Shown here one piece after another: positions 1-9,741 of a stretch of 50,369 nt of DNA (position 1 is the stretch's first letter; each line of letters begins with the position of its first letter). The DNA is from Deltaproteobacteria bacterium (GTDB taxonomy: Bacteria; Myxococcota; Myxococcia; SLRQ01): contig SLRQ01000100.1 in NCBI GenBank assembly GCA_007130885.1, positions 1 to 50,369 of the forward strand. The letters run 5' to 3'. A program made the translations under genes and the position numbers. Below the pieces are notes generated by a model, which saw nothing but the letters and a program-made list of their open reading frames with translations, was not told the origin of the DNA and searched no databases.

Positions 1-352
1 GGCTTTTACGCCAACGTTTTCATCGTGGTATCGATATATTATGTTGTAGATTCCGGTTTCATCGGTTGAAAAAGTTTTTCCAAATCCAACTTCACTTCCG
101 CAAAGGCACTGAAGCTCGAGGGCAACATGTTCTACTATATGGCCGGCCCAGGTTCCCCTGATCAGTCGCTCAAAGAAACCTCCAACCTTGCCCGGAGAGC
201 ATCGGTGCTGCTGGAGGGTCGGCATCATCATCGCCATATTGTCCTTGAGATCCGGAACCAAATTTGTTGGTTTCATCTCAAGCTCTTGAAGATCCAGTTG
301 CATGAAAATAACTGGGTGTCTGCTGTAGTAATTGGGCCCTCGAATGGCTCTC
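1..352 (-). CDS. cphA: cyanophycin synthetase CphA, N-terminal part (gene continues beyond the window start)
   Basis: The minus-strand translation from the ATG at 352 is MKIVEMRAIRGPNYYSRHPVIFMQLDLQELEMKPTNLVPD...GGFFERLIRGTWAGHIVEHVALELQ. This matches the canonical CphA N-terminus (MKIL..RGPNYWS...MRLDL...GGFLERL...GHVIEHVALELQ). It lies directly downstream of cphB as in known cphBA operons. The region is visibly AT-richer than the rest of the window. Confidence 0.8.
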
Positions 353-355
353 ATT

Positions 356-1252
356 TCAACTATTTTCATCAGTAGTTACCTCACTTTTCCCGAGATCCAT
401 TTCTCTCAAATCATCAGGTTCAAGATATTGTTTTTTACATAAGTTATAGCCATACCCGTGAACCATGGTATGGAGGATTAGATTTTCAATAGCGATAGGT
501 TCATCAGAATCAATATTTGCTACATTTGTAGATTTGAGATGCTCTCCATCCAAAATAACCGTGGTGCCGCTTCCAATGGCTCTTAGGATGGACCCACCCT
601 CGACAATGATACCGGAATCTTCCCCGAGACCTATTCCTGTATTGCTTGGATTCATGCTTACTATTTGCATCAAGCGGCTAAATCGTCCTCGTTCCACAAA
701 ATGGGTGTCGATGATCACGTTGTCGATTAATCCCATACCGGCGGAAACACCAAGGGTTCCTTTGCGCAGAGCTTCGCTGCTGTCTCCCCCCACAATCATG
801 GTTTTAGACATGACACTGGCACCGGCGCTTGACCCGGCAATGACGCAAAACTCTTCTACATACCTCCGGAGGATTTCTTTCTCTATGGGAGATCCTCCTA
901 GAATACTGGTGATCCGCAGTTGATCCCCGCCGGTAAAAAAGACGATGTCCGCTGCAGTAATTCTTTTGAGCAGGCGGACATCGGAGGCCTGTTCGCGCGT
1001 TGATATATGCATCAATTCTACTGCATGATCGTGATCTTTCGTAAAGGCCTTGCAATATTCCCTGCTGGCCTCTTCGGGACATTGGCTGGCTGTTGTAATG
1101 ATTTCTATTGTTTTCTTACGTTTTTTTACCAGGGAGAGGATGGTGGATAAAATCTGCAGTTCGTTTTCTTTGTCTTCATTTCCCCCGATGACCACTAACA
1201 AACCTTTGGGCTTGATACGATTGGTCAATCCGGGGGATGGGTGTTTCTTCAT
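356..1252 (-). CDS. cphB: cyanophycinase (peptidase S51)
   Basis: 298-aa ORF with S51/cyanophycinase motifs: VVIGGNED, FFTGGDQ, and the serine-nucleophile box IAGSSAGASV. Its stop lies 3 nt before the cphA start. It sits in the AT-rich patch. Confidence 0.88.
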   Translation of the reverse strand: MKKHPSPGLTNRIKPKGLLVVIGGNEDKENELQILSTILSLVKKRKKTIEIITTASQCPEEASREYCKAFTKDHDHAVELMHISTREQASDVRLLKRITAADIVFFTGGDQLRITSILGGSPIEKEILRRYVEEFCVIAGSSAGASVMSKTMIVGGDSSEALRKGTLGVSAGMGLIDNVIIDTHFVERGRFSRLMQIVSMNPSNTGIGLGEDSGIIVEGGSILRAIGSGTTVILDGEHLKSTNVANIDSDEPIAIENLILHTMVHGYGYNLCKKQYLEPDDLREMDLGKSEVTTDENS

Positions 1253-1685
1253 GTTCTAACTCCAATAGACTTACGAAGCTGTTCGGTCTAATCATATCAG
1301 CAAAATGCACCCGGGTGTCCGCGAGCCCACTGACCGTCTTTCGAGGGCGTTCGGCCGGAGTGCCTATTCGGCCGTTCCCCTCGAGCCTTCAGTCTCGATC
1401 ATAAACGCTGCCGGACGAACGCAACGAAACTATGGCTCGTTGGCTCAACGAGAAGCCTCGGTCGTTCGACAGGAGAGACCGGACGGGGCTGGCGGGCAGC
1501 GCTGACACATGTGTCTGTTCGGCACATACCCTTGACGCCTACTCAAGCCGACATCGGTGGATGACACGCGCCAAAGGCCACCGGATGGCCCTGATTAGCC
1601 GCATCTCCGGAAGGACGCGCCGGCCTGGCACGACTCATGCGTTCAAGCATGGCAGGCCCGGCACCAAGTCCCCTCTTCGCTGCTG

Positions 1686-2225
1686 GTGGGCATGGCCCAG
1701 CAAAGGGTTCGCCGGGCCGTTTCTCAATTCCTTCTTCTAAAATGGGCGACCCCTCGGGTCGCTGGCTCCAACAAAGACCGACCCATGGACATCCTGACCT
1801 TAGTTCATCGACTAGCTCGAGGGATCGATTCCGAGACCAGAGTATACGGCCGAGTGAAGACCATGGACTCCATCCGAGAGAAGGTTAGTCGCAAAAACCT
1901 CGCTCTGAACGAAGTCATGGACATCATCGGCCTGCGGGCGATCGTGCCACGAACGGACGACTGCTATCGGCTGAAGGACCTCATCCACGACGAGCTCATG
2001 GTGCTTCCCGACGAGTACGACGACTATATCGCCCAGCCCAAGCGTAACGGATATCGCTCGATCCACACCACGGTGATCGTGCCGGCGGGGATACCGGTGG
2101 AGGTGCAGATCCGTACCGAATGGATGCACGAGTTCTGCGAGACCGGCTTGGCCGATTACTGGCGCTACAAGAATGGCGATGGCGCACCGTGGGCGCGCGC
2201 CACACGAGAAGCCTCGACCATTTGA
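1686..2225 (+). CDS. small alarmone synthetase (RelA/SpoT-family (p)ppGpp synthetase domain only), SAS-1. The start is uncertain (GTG at 1686 or ATG at 1782).
   Basis: Complete synthetase-domain motifs: RVKTMDSIREKV, DIIGLRAIV, DCY, YIAQPKRNGYRSIHTTV and PVEVQIRT. There is no hydrolase, TGS or ACT domain, and the protein is about 150-180 aa. Confidence 0.8.
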   Translation: MGMAQQRVRRAVSQFLLLKWATPRVAGSNKDRPMDILTLVHRLARGIDSETRVYGRVKTMDSIREKVSRKNLALNEVMDIIGLRAIVPRTDDCYRLKDLIHDELMVLPDEYDDYIAQPKRNGYRSIHTTVIVPAGIPVEVQIRTEWMHEFCETGLADYWRYKNGDGAPWARATREASTI

Positions 2226-2259
2226 TGCAGCACGATCTTGAAAGGAGGACATTATAACA

Positions 2260-2736
2260 ATGAGCCATCGAGTCATCGACGTTCGCGGGAAGCACCACCG
2301 GCCACGGCACGAAAGTGCCGGGCGTGGCATGAACGGCTACAAGCGCATGCGCCGAGCGATACTCGCCCAAGCCCACGTCCTTGTCTACAATGACGAATCC
2401 GGCCACTCCGCTCACGTCGCCAGCGGCCTCTCGCGGCTCGGCACACGAACCGTGGTCGTTCACACACCGCTCGAGGCGGTAGTCACCCTGCAAAACGAGT
2501 CCGATCCTGTGCACGCGGCCTTCATTCCGCTCGATTCCTCCAACTTCGACATGGCGGCCTTCTGCGCCTTCTTGAGGGATGCCCACCCGCGGGTTCGGAG
2601 AGTAGCCTTCGCCACGGGAAGTACGCGCCAAAACGGCACGGTCCTCGCCTGCGCCCCCCACTGCGAGCGGGTACTCTGGACCCCGCGGGATAGAGGCGCT
2701 CTCGAAGACGCGCTCGATGCCCTTGGTCCGAGCTAA
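2260..2736 (+). CDS. hypothetical protein, possibly a degenerate receiver (REC)-like fold
   Basis: The ORF lies 35 nt after SAS-1 and has a strong RBS (aaaggagga) 8 nt upstream of the ATG. Its alternating hydrophobic beta/alpha pattern (HVLVYNDE ... FIPLDSS ... AFATGST) is weakly reminiscent of CheY-like domains. It has no recognisable catalytic motif. Confidence 0.45.
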   Translation: MSHRVIDVRGKHHRPRHESAGRGMNGYKRMRRAILAQAHVLVYNDESGHSAHVASGLSRLGTRTVVVHTPLEAVVTLQNESDPVHAAFIPLDSSNFDMAAFCAFLRDAHPRVRRVAFATGSTRQNGTVLACAPHCERVLWTPRDRGALEDALDALGPS

Positions 2737-3255
2737 CGAGAACGGGCGCACCAACCCTCGGGGCATATGCCTTGCGAACCGGGCTCCGAGGCGTAGTCCA
2801 TGGCCTGCGCCCAGCGATAGAGCCCGCCATAATTAGCACACACCTCGAAGCTCCGTTTGGGCGCTCATACGGAAAGAATCCGGATGCGCTACGTCTTGGT
2901 GGAGATAGACGAGGAGCAGGCCGCGACAACTCTTTGTTAGATGTGTCGCTGCTTTCCCCGGGTGACGGGATTGACCTGGAGCCGGGCGCGGTGTCCGCAA
3001 CCGTACGGGACTGCCTCTTCTTTCTCGGAGGCGAGTGCGTGGTGCGCGAAAGATGAGGAACCAGAACTAGGCGGTCGTATTAGGTGCGGTTCGCCAAATC
3101 GGACTATGGTCTCCCGAAAGCTGATGCTCCGAGGAGCGTCTTGAGCTACTCTTGGAGCCCGAAAGGCTCCCAGACCCTAGTGCTCCTTGCGGCTAATTCC
3201 GTACGCGTCACTAGACGGATATGCGAGCCTGTAACACTCTTACGGAGATCCAAGC

Positions 3256-4029
3256 GTGTACAGTCTCATTCTGGTTTCCCTCGTAGTATCTGGCTCACCG
3301 AGCTCCGAAGCGACCCTCACTGAATCACGAATGATTTCGGTGGGCGGCGGTCTTCTGTCTGCTCACCAGGTGGATAGGGGATACTCTCCGCTGATCTTTT
3401 CCGGCCGGCAAGGTTCGGCAAACGCCACCTATTCGAAACTCAGAGGACACAGGGAAAGGGTTTGGGCTCTCGAGTACTCTTCGGGGACCTTACAGAACCG
3501 CCACGGAAGAAACCTGGAATGCTGGTCCCTGAGCTGGCTCGGGCTTTTCCTTTATCAGCCACACGAGGAAAGCCCGTTCAGCTGGGGCTGGAGCAACAGC
3601 AATAATATAAACAGGCGAACCATTGATGACTTTTTAAACTATACCGGCCGCACGGACTACTTCACTTCATTTGGGCCGGCGGCGAAGTACTCCCTATCCT
3701 TTGGCTTCGGGAAACATGAACTCACGTTTCAGGTCCTAGGCCACCTTCAGCTGTTGGGCTTCTACATTCCATCGAGTCATGTGAGTTCCATGCCCAGGGG
3801 CTTCGGCTACGAGCAAAACGGTTTTGGGAACGCAGTTCTCAACTCAGCTTTCCTCTTTCATCCGGGTTCAGCCATCAACTTCGGTTTGCGTCCTGGATTG
3901 AAATTGAAATTGGGCGAAAACAACAGCGTGGGGCTCTCTTACCTCTATGACTACTCATCGTTGAGTCACGTCCACTCCTCGCAAAGGAGCCGGGGAAGCC
4001 TCGGCCTATCACTGACCATGGGGATATGA
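3256..4029 (+). CDS. hypothetical protein, possible outer-membrane beta-barrel
   Basis: Its Gly/aromatic-rich alternating pattern (YSLSFGFGKHELTFQVLG, GLSYLYDYSS) suggests amphipathic beta-strands. The stop is 3 nt before the S41 peptidase gene. The N-terminus lacks a convincing signal peptide, so the start may be wrong or the gene may be decayed. Confidence 0.4.
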   Translation: MYSLILVSLVVSGSPSSEATLTESRMISVGGGLLSAHQVDRGYSPLIFSGRQGSANATYSKLRGHRERVWALEYSSGTLQNRHGRNLECWSLSWLGLFLYQPHEESPFSWGWSNSNNINRRTIDDFLNYTGRTDYFTSFGPAAKYSLSFGFGKHELTFQVLGHLQLLGFYIPSSHVSSMPRGFGYEQNGFGNAVLNSAFLFHPGSAINFGLRPGLKLKLGENNSVGLSYLYDYSSLSHVHSSQRSRGSLGLSLTMGI

Positions 4030-4032
4030 CAC

Positions 4033-5040
4033 ATGCGAATTTCCTCCTTCGTCATTCCGGTCGCGTTCTTGCTGCTGGGCCTTACTGCCTGCGAGAGGTA
4101 CTTGCTGGGCCAGAATGCTTCCGATGATGCGACGAGCATCTTCGACCATCTATGGCAGGATGTGCATGAACGATACTCCTACTTTGAGCTGAAAGGAATT
4201 GACTGGCACGAGGTGGGGGACCGGCACCGGGAGCGCGTCCATGACGGCATGCCGGAGAAGGAGCTGTTCAGCGTGTTGGCTGACATGCTTAATGAACTGC
4301 GAGATGGGCATGTGAACTTGACCAGCCCGTTCAATCGAAGCCGCAATTGGGGCTACTTCCAGGACTTCCCGCTGAACTACAACCAGGGCGTCATCGACAG
4401 GCACTACCTGAAGTCCGACTTCTGGATCACCGGTCCGCTGCGTAACCAGATAATCGACTCCGTTCTTTACGTGAACTACCGGTCTTTCATGGACGAGATT
4501 TCAGATGCTCATCTGAACGAGTTGATGGAGCGGGCGCAGGGGCTACGGGGTGTAATCATTGACGTGCGAAGCAACGGCGGCGGAAGCATGCTCAATGCCG
4601 AAAGGCTAGCCTCATCCTTCACCGAGCAAAGCTATCTATTCGGAAGAGTGCGAATCAAGACAGGGCCATGTGAGAGTTGTTTCTCTTCATGGAACGACAT
4701 GAGAGTGTTCCCGCGAAACGGCCCACAATACCTAGGCAAGGTGGTGGTTCTGACTGATAGGACATCCTTCAGTACAACCACATACTTTGCCGAAATGATG
4801 CGTCAGAACGAGAATGCCGTGCTCGTCGGTGACATGACAGGCGGTGGAGGGGGGACCCCGGCCTACGGTGAGCTTGCGAACGGATGGATCTACAGGTTCT
4901 CCGCAACTCAAGTCGTGAGCGTGGAAGGAGAGCACCTCGAGTTGGGGGTGCCCGTGGACTTCGATGTCCAGTTGCTGCCCGAAGATGAGCATGAGGGAGT
5001 GGACACCATAATCGAGTTTGCACTGAGCTTGTTCGAGTGA
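4033..5040 (+). CDS. S41-family peptidase (C-terminal-processing/tail-specific protease-like) lipoprotein
   Basis: It has a lipobox signal (LLLGLTAC) and the S41 signature IIDVRSNGGGS. The downstream Ser box is TDRTSFSTTTYFAEMM. The usual catalytic Lys position reads GDMTGGGGG, so the protein may be non-canonical or inactive. Confidence 0.75.
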   Translation: MRISSFVIPVAFLLLGLTACERYLLGQNASDDATSIFDHLWQDVHERYSYFELKGIDWHEVGDRHRERVHDGMPEKELFSVLADMLNELRDGHVNLTSPFNRSRNWGYFQDFPLNYNQGVIDRHYLKSDFWITGPLRNQIIDSVLYVNYRSFMDEISDAHLNELMERAQGLRGVIIDVRSNGGGSMLNAERLASSFTEQSYLFGRVRIKTGPCESCFSSWNDMRVFPRNGPQYLGKVVVLTDRTSFSTTTYFAEMMRQNENAVLVGDMTGGGGGTPAYGELANGWIYRFSATQVVSVEGEHLELGVPVDFDVQLLPEDEHEGVDTIIEFALSLFE

Positions 5041-5056
5041 GAGGCGGGCCCGAAAG

Positions 5057-5142
5057 GGCCCTAAGCGCCTGGCATCCACCCATCCAATCGGGACTCGGCG
5101 GCCCTAAGCGCCTGGCATCCACCCATCCAATCGGGGCTCGGC
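5057..5142. repeat. perfect-ish 43-bp tandem direct repeat (2 units)
   Basis: The unit ggccctaagcgcctggcatccacccatccaatcggg[a/g]ctcggc occurs twice back-to-back (5057-5099 and 5100-5142), with a single mismatch. It is intergenic, between the S41 peptidase and the FN3 lipoprotein. Confidence 0.85.
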
Positions 5143-5275
5143 AGGCAGCATGGCGTCACGCACTTCACTTTGTGATAATTAGGGAATTTCATCATGCTCT
5201 GCTGTCGGCGCCTGGATGGGTGTCCGCAAACGCGGTCCGCGTCCGAGCGCGAAAACGCATTCAAGGAGCCACCAC

Positions 5276-8011
5276 ATGAGACTCCTACTCTCCAGATCCA
5301 TTGTCACCTCGAGCCTTCTGGTCTCGTTCGCAATCGCCGCGTCGGGATGCGGGGGATGCGACCTGTTCGCCGAGCCGCTCGGGCAGCCGACGAATCTTCG
5401 ATACGAAATGGGCCACTACAGCGCGGAGGACCGCGAGTTCAAAGGCATCAGCCTCTACTGGCAGGGGGTGGACGGCGCCTCGGCGTACGAGCTGCAACGG
5501 GCGGACGTCGATGGTGGGGCGGACTTTCGCCAGATCCACTGGGGAGACAGGTGGGACTTCACCGACGGCGGACGGGATCTGCCTGGCGGCTTCACCCCCG
5601 GCCACTCCTACCTTTACCAAGTGCGCGCCCACAACGGAAAGACCGGCCCATGGTCAAACGAGCTGACGGTCGAGGTGCCACCGTTCCTTCCCCCGAAGAA
5701 CGTCGTCGCCACCCATATGGAGGCAGGGGGCTTCGTGCGCGTCGAGTGGGACGCCGTCGACGTACAGGGCGTACGGTACGAGATAGTGCGCGGCACGGAG
5801 CCGGAGCATCAACATCGCATCGGCGAGGTCGACGGGTCGGTCGCCATGATGTTCGAGGACCACGACAGCTTGGAGCGAGGCCAAACCTACTACTACCGGG
5901 TTCGCGCCATGCACCAGCAGTACGGCGAGACGGCCTTCAGCCTAGTCGCGCCGTTCGACATGCCACCCGTGCCGGCTCCCGTGATGGTCGATGCAAGCGA
6001 GGGCGAGCCGGACTCGATCATCGTGCGCTGGCTGCCCGTCGAGGGGGCCGAGTACCAGGTCCTGAGGGCGGAAGGAGAGCCGCTGCTCGACGGCTCCTAC
6101 ACGGGAGACGGCTACCAGTGGATTCAGCCCGAAGACGACATCGTAACCTACAGTGACACGAACATCGACGTCGGCAAGCGGTACTACTACAAGGTCAGGG
6201 CGAGGATCGACTGGGCCGAGAGCGATCCCTCGGCGGACTACGTTTCGGGTTACGCGGGCGCCCACAGCCCCGACGAGGCTCCGCCGGCTCCCGGCGACCT
6301 TCGCGCGGAAGGCGCGGGGGTCTCGATCTATATTCACTGGGAGCAGGTCGCGACGGCGGACTTGTATCGGATTTATCGCCTGGCTTATGAAGAAGGGGTG
6401 GATCCCGACACGGCGGGCACCGTGACCGGCGACTTCAGCCTCCTCCACGAGCTGACCGCCGATTCCATGGGAGCGAGCAGCAGGGCTTATTACCACGACG
6501 ACGACACAGAAACCGGACGAGTCTACTTCTACTTCGTCACCGCAATGAACGAGCATGGCGAGGGAGCACCCTCCGATGTGGCCTCCGCGCACCGGGGCGA
6601 CGCCGACATCCCCGGCCGCCCCGAGATCACCGCGAGCGACGGCGACTACAGCGACGCCATCGTCGTCTCGTGGTCACCCGTCACGCACGGCGACCGGTAT
6701 CAGGTCTACACTGTCGCGATCAGCGGCGGATCCTTGGAGATCGTCGAGTCGGTATCGGACTGGATTCAGGAAACCCAGTTCGTTCATTTCACGACCTCCG
6801 ACACGAGGCTGGCCGTGAGAGCTCTGAGCGACAAGGGTATCGAAGGACCGCTGAGTAACGAGGTGATGGGCCGAGTGGACTCTTCCGCTCCGGAGTACAC
6901 CGATCCGGTCGATCCGCCGCCCGGAGACTTCGACTACGAGGACCTCGGTGAAGTGCCCGCCTCCAGCGGAGAAGGAGTCGTCCTGGCGGTCGACGGCGCT
7001 CATGATGACGGGTCCGTTTATGTCGCCGCCAGCGAGGACGCCGGCGCATATCCGTATGGCAGGCCGAGCCTAGCGGAGCTGTCGAACGAGGAGTGGGCGG
7101 CTCTTCCGGACCTACCCCAGGAGATCCTGGACTCGAACCTGGTGAGGACGAAAATCACCGTCGCGGCGGGCGGCGGAAAGCTCTACTTCTCGGCCCTCGA
7201 CGAAGACACGGCCCACGTCTACGAACTCAGCGGAGGATCGTGGTCCGAGAACCTCGCGGCCGGTCACTTCGGCTACGAAGAGAAACCGAGCTTCGTCACG
7301 GTCGCCGTGCACGACGACCAACCGCACGTGGCCATCGTCAGCCCGGACAATGAAAGACTGCGTGTCCTTCGCCTTTCGGGGTCCGACTGGGTGGGCGCCG
7401 GAGGCGACGGCTACCTCACCTCCGACGAGCCGGTCACCGACATCGCCGTCGACGCCTTCGGCGACACTCTCTACGTCATCTACAGCCTCGTCGAGTTCGG
7501 TGCCGATGACGCCACCCTGCGCATCCACGGCCTGAAGGATGGCGGCTGGCAGACCCTTCTCGACTACACAGGCGAGTACACCGATGTCCCGGCCGAGAGG
7601 GCGCGGATCGCCGTGGCGCCGGACGGCACCATCTACTTCATGCACTGGTATCCGCGAGGTATCTACCGGGTCTCCTCGCTCTCCACCATCGAGAGCATCA
7701 CGCCCGATTGGTGCCAGGATCCCTTCGCGATCGCGGTCGACTCGTGGAGCAACCTCTACGCTGCGTGCATGTTCTTCGAACTGGACCACGACCCGGAGGA
7801 AGATGAGCACTATCCCATCTATCAAGTCGTCGGCGCCTACGACGGCATCGAGTGGAAGGAGACGGGTGCCGACTTCAGAGGCAAGTGGCGCCCGGTGACG
7901 CTGATATCCGGCGAAGACGAGGTGTACTTCATATACGGCGACTTCGACAGCCTGCCGGACGATCAGAACCTGCCGACCGTAATGCGTTCGATGACGCTGT
8001 CGCCCAAGTAA
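5276..8011 (+). CDS. large secreted lipoprotein with multiple fibronectin-III-like repeats and a C-terminal beta-propeller-like region
   Basis: The RBS aaggag lies 8 nt before the ATG at 5276, followed by a lipobox signal (LLVSFAIAASGCGGC). Repeated ~90-aa modules end in Y(Y)YRVRA/YKVRAR, as FN3 strands do. The C-terminal third has repeated hydrophobic beta motifs (LYVIYS, TIYFMHW, NLYAACM, EVYFIYGD). Confidence 0.8.
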   Translation: MRLLLSRSIVTSSLLVSFAIAASGCGGCDLFAEPLGQPTNLRYEMGHYSAEDREFKGISLYWQGVDGASAYELQRADVDGGADFRQIHWGDRWDFTDGGRDLPGGFTPGHSYLYQVRAHNGKTGPWSNELTVEVPPFLPPKNVVATHMEAGGFVRVEWDAVDVQGVRYEIVRGTEPEHQHRIGEVDGSVAMMFEDHDSLERGQTYYYRVRAMHQQYGETAFSLVAPFDMPPVPAPVMVDASEGEPDSIIVRWLPVEGAEYQVLRAEGEPLLDGSYTGDGYQWIQPEDDIVTYSDTNIDVGKRYYYKVRARIDWAESDPSADYVSGYAGAHSPDEAPPAPGDLRAEGAGVSIYIHWEQVATADLYRIYRLAYEEGVDPDTAGTVTGDFSLLHELTADSMGASSRAYYHDDDTETGRVYFYFVTAMNEHGEGAPSDVASAHRGDADIPGRPEITASDGDYSDAIVVSWSPVTHGDRYQVYTVAISGGSLEIVESVSDWIQETQFVHFTTSDTRLAVRALSDKGIEGPLSNEVMGRVDSSAPEYTDPVDPPPGDFDYEDLGEVPASSGEGVVLAVDGAHDDGSVYVAASEDAGAYPYGRPSLAELSNEEWAALPDLPQEILDSNLVRTKITVAAGGGKLYFSALDEDTAHVYELSGGSWSENLAAGHFGYEEKPSFVTVAVHDDQPHVAIVSPDNERLRVLRLSGSDWVGAGGDGYLTSDEPVTDIAVDAFGDTLYVIYSLVEFGADDATLRIHGLKDGGWQTLLDYTGEYTDVPAERARIAVAPDGTIYFMHWYPRGIYRVSSLSTIESITPDWCQDPFAIAVDSWSNLYAACMFFELDHDPEEDEHYPIYQVVGAYDGIEWKETGADFRGKWRPVTLISGEDEVYFIYGDFDSLPDDQNLPTVMRSMTLSPK

Positions 8012-8446
8012 CGGCTCCGGACCCCACGGGGCGGCGAGATGTCGCGACGTCAGAACGCGGTGGCCATGGCTGGAGAAACCCAAGCCGCACAAGACCTCCA
8101 CCCCGTCCTGTCCCCGGTAACCGGTTTCTTTTTCCTGGCTCGACCGATTGCGTCCTGACCGTTTTCAGAAGTATTCGGCCGCATACGCCCAAAAACACGA
8201 TCGAGCACAGCAACAAAAAGATATCACTCGGGTCGTGTGGGTTGGTTCTTGTTAGGTGCGGCTTCGGTCCTCTTTACTCAAGAATCGGAACGCCGAACCT
8301 GTACCCGGGGTTCGGCACACCCCGAGATCGAGGTCAGACCCCCACAGTGAACAAAGGGCCGAACTGTAGCGAATCAGCGCGCTGTGGACATCGGCCGAGT
8401 CTTCGGACCCGACGAGGGCAGCAGCAGGGAGCATATCTCTTTTGAA

Positions 8447-8900
8447 CGCGTACCGACCATGTAAAACACTGTCTCCGTAGCCATGCGTAAAACCTCTTTC
8501 GAATCGCTGCTGTACTCCTCCGCTGTGTCGAAGACGGCCGCGACCAACTCCCCTACCGAAACGACCCTGAGCGTGTCTGCGCCCATTTCATCCTCCTTTA
8601 GGACGCCGTAGCCAGAGTTGCGCCGCGGCTTTAGATAGCTGAATCAACTCAACGCCTTTGAAGCTACTTCGTCAGTTCATCTATTTGGCGTTTACTTGTT
8701 AGGCTTCGGAATGTTGGTGCGGTCGAAATTTCCCGATGTCTTGTGTCTCGAGTTTCCCTTGATGCCTGTGGCCCCTCGAGCCTCCTCCAACGCGATTGGA
8801 GATACATGCGTCGCTGAATCCGAAGCCTTGACGGTTTGATCGGCTTCCATCATGGCGTTGCGCATTTGCTCGGTGAGTGTGGTGAGATTGCCCGGCGAAT
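8447..8900. repeat. copy 1 of a ~450-bp duplicated segment (3' end of the SPFH gene plus ~245 bp downstream)
   Basis: It is ~90% identical to 13111-13446, starting at cgcgtaccgaccatgtaaaacac and ending inside the SPFH coding sequence at ...gagattgcccggcgaat. Copy 2 lacks ~125 bp that encode the SPFH C-terminal tail. Confidence 0.85.
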
Positions 8901-9741
8901 GTGGAATCAGGATCGCATTGGTTCGCGACGATGCACCGATCTCCTTGAGCATGTCGAAGTACTGCGTCATTAGCACCAGGTTCATTACGTCCTTGGCCGT
9001 CGTTCCGGGCACCGATTTTCGAAACTCATCCACCGAATCGCGGAGGCCCGCTACAATAGCCTGGCGTTGATCGGCAATGCCGCGACCCTGGAGGGCCTTG
9101 CTTTGGGCCTCGCCCTCGGCAGACTTGACCTTCAGAATCCGATCGGCCTCGCCTCTTTCAGTGGCCGCTACCCTCATCCGCTGCGCCGCGTTGATCTCAT
9201 TCATCGACTCCTTCACCTTGGCATCGGGATCAATGTCCGTGACCAGTGCCTTGAGGATTCCGTAGCCGAACCCTTCCATTACCTGAGAAAGCTCGCTTTT
9301 CACGATGTCGGCGATGTCGTCCTTCTTCTCGAATACTTCGTCGAGCTTGATCTTGGGAACCTGGGCTCGCACCACATCGAAAACGAATGAAGTAATCTGG
9401 CGATTTGCGTTTTCGAGTTTGTAGAACGCGTCGTAGACATTCTCCGGCAAGACGAAATACTGAACCGCGACGACCATTCGGACGAACACGTTATCTTCTG
9501 TCTTGGTCTCGATCTCGACGTCAAGTTGCTGGACGCGCAGATTGACGCGACCCACCACCTTTTCGATGAAGGGAATCTTGACGCCGATGCCTGGCTCTTC
9601 CTGCCGAACAAACTTACCGAGGCGCTGAACTATGGCCGTGGTTCGTTGCTCCACCGTAAAAAATGTCGATGACAGCAGCGCTATCGCCCCGATCCCCAAA
9701 AGGCCTATCCCGAAAACATAACTAAAAAGTTGGGCTTCCAT
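8692..9741 (-). CDS. SPFH/band-7 (stomatin/prohibitin/HflKC-like) membrane protein
   Basis: It has an N-terminal TM helix (FGIGLLGIGAIALLSS) and then an SPFH core (TTAIVQRLGKFVR...IPFIEKV...QQLDVEIETKTEDNVFVRMVVAVQYFV). A coiled-coil follows (EADRILKVKSAEGEAQSKALQGRG). The start at 9741 has an upstream RBS (aggaaaaaa); the ORF-track start at 9927 is probably too long. Confidence 0.85.
   Translation of the reverse strand: MEAQLFSYVFGIGLLGIGAIALLSSTFFTVEQRTTAIVQRLGKFVRQEEPGIGVKIPFIEKVVGRVNLRVQQLDVEIETKTEDNVFVRMVVAVQYFVLPENVYDAFYKLENANRQITSFVFDVVRAQVPKIKLDEVFEKKDDIADIVKSELSQVMEGFGYGILKALVTDIDPDAKVKESMNEINAAQRMRVAATERGEADRILKVKSAEGEAQSKALQGRGIADQRQAIVAGLRDSVDEFRKSVPGTTAKDVMNLVLMTQYFDMLKEIGASSRTNAILIPHSPGNLTTLTEQMRNAMMEADQTVKASDSATHVSPIALEEARGATGIKGNSRHKTSGNFDRTNIPKPNK

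Noticed and set aside
127-375. 82-aa plus-strand ORF at the window start
   Set aside because: It is antisense to the clear CphA N-terminus encoded on the minus strand.
5194-6592. Several 200-320-aa Arg/Gly/Pro-rich ORFs overlapping 5276-8011 (for example 5194-6156 +, 5942-6592 -, 7112-8101 -)
   Set aside because: These are alternative-frame or antisense ORFs of a high-GC gene. Their composition (poly-Arg/Gly/Pro) is typical of GC-rich out-of-frame translation. The FN3-repeat frame has a signal peptide, an RBS and periodic motifs.
8230-8345. tRNA-like hairpins (ccgaacc...ggttcgg; cgggg-ttcggcaca-ccccg) in the 650-bp noncoding stretch after the FN3 gene
   Set aside because: I could not assemble a cloverleaf with an acceptor stem, a CCA-proximal context or a canonical 7-nt T-loop. 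These are more likely isolated stem-loops or a terminator-like structure.
8374-8586. 70-aa minus-strand ORF within the duplicated 3' flank
   Set aside because: The homologous position in copy 2 carries an in-frame stop (TAG) after ~22 codons, so the reading frame is not conserved between the two copies. The segment is more likely a noncoding conserved flank.
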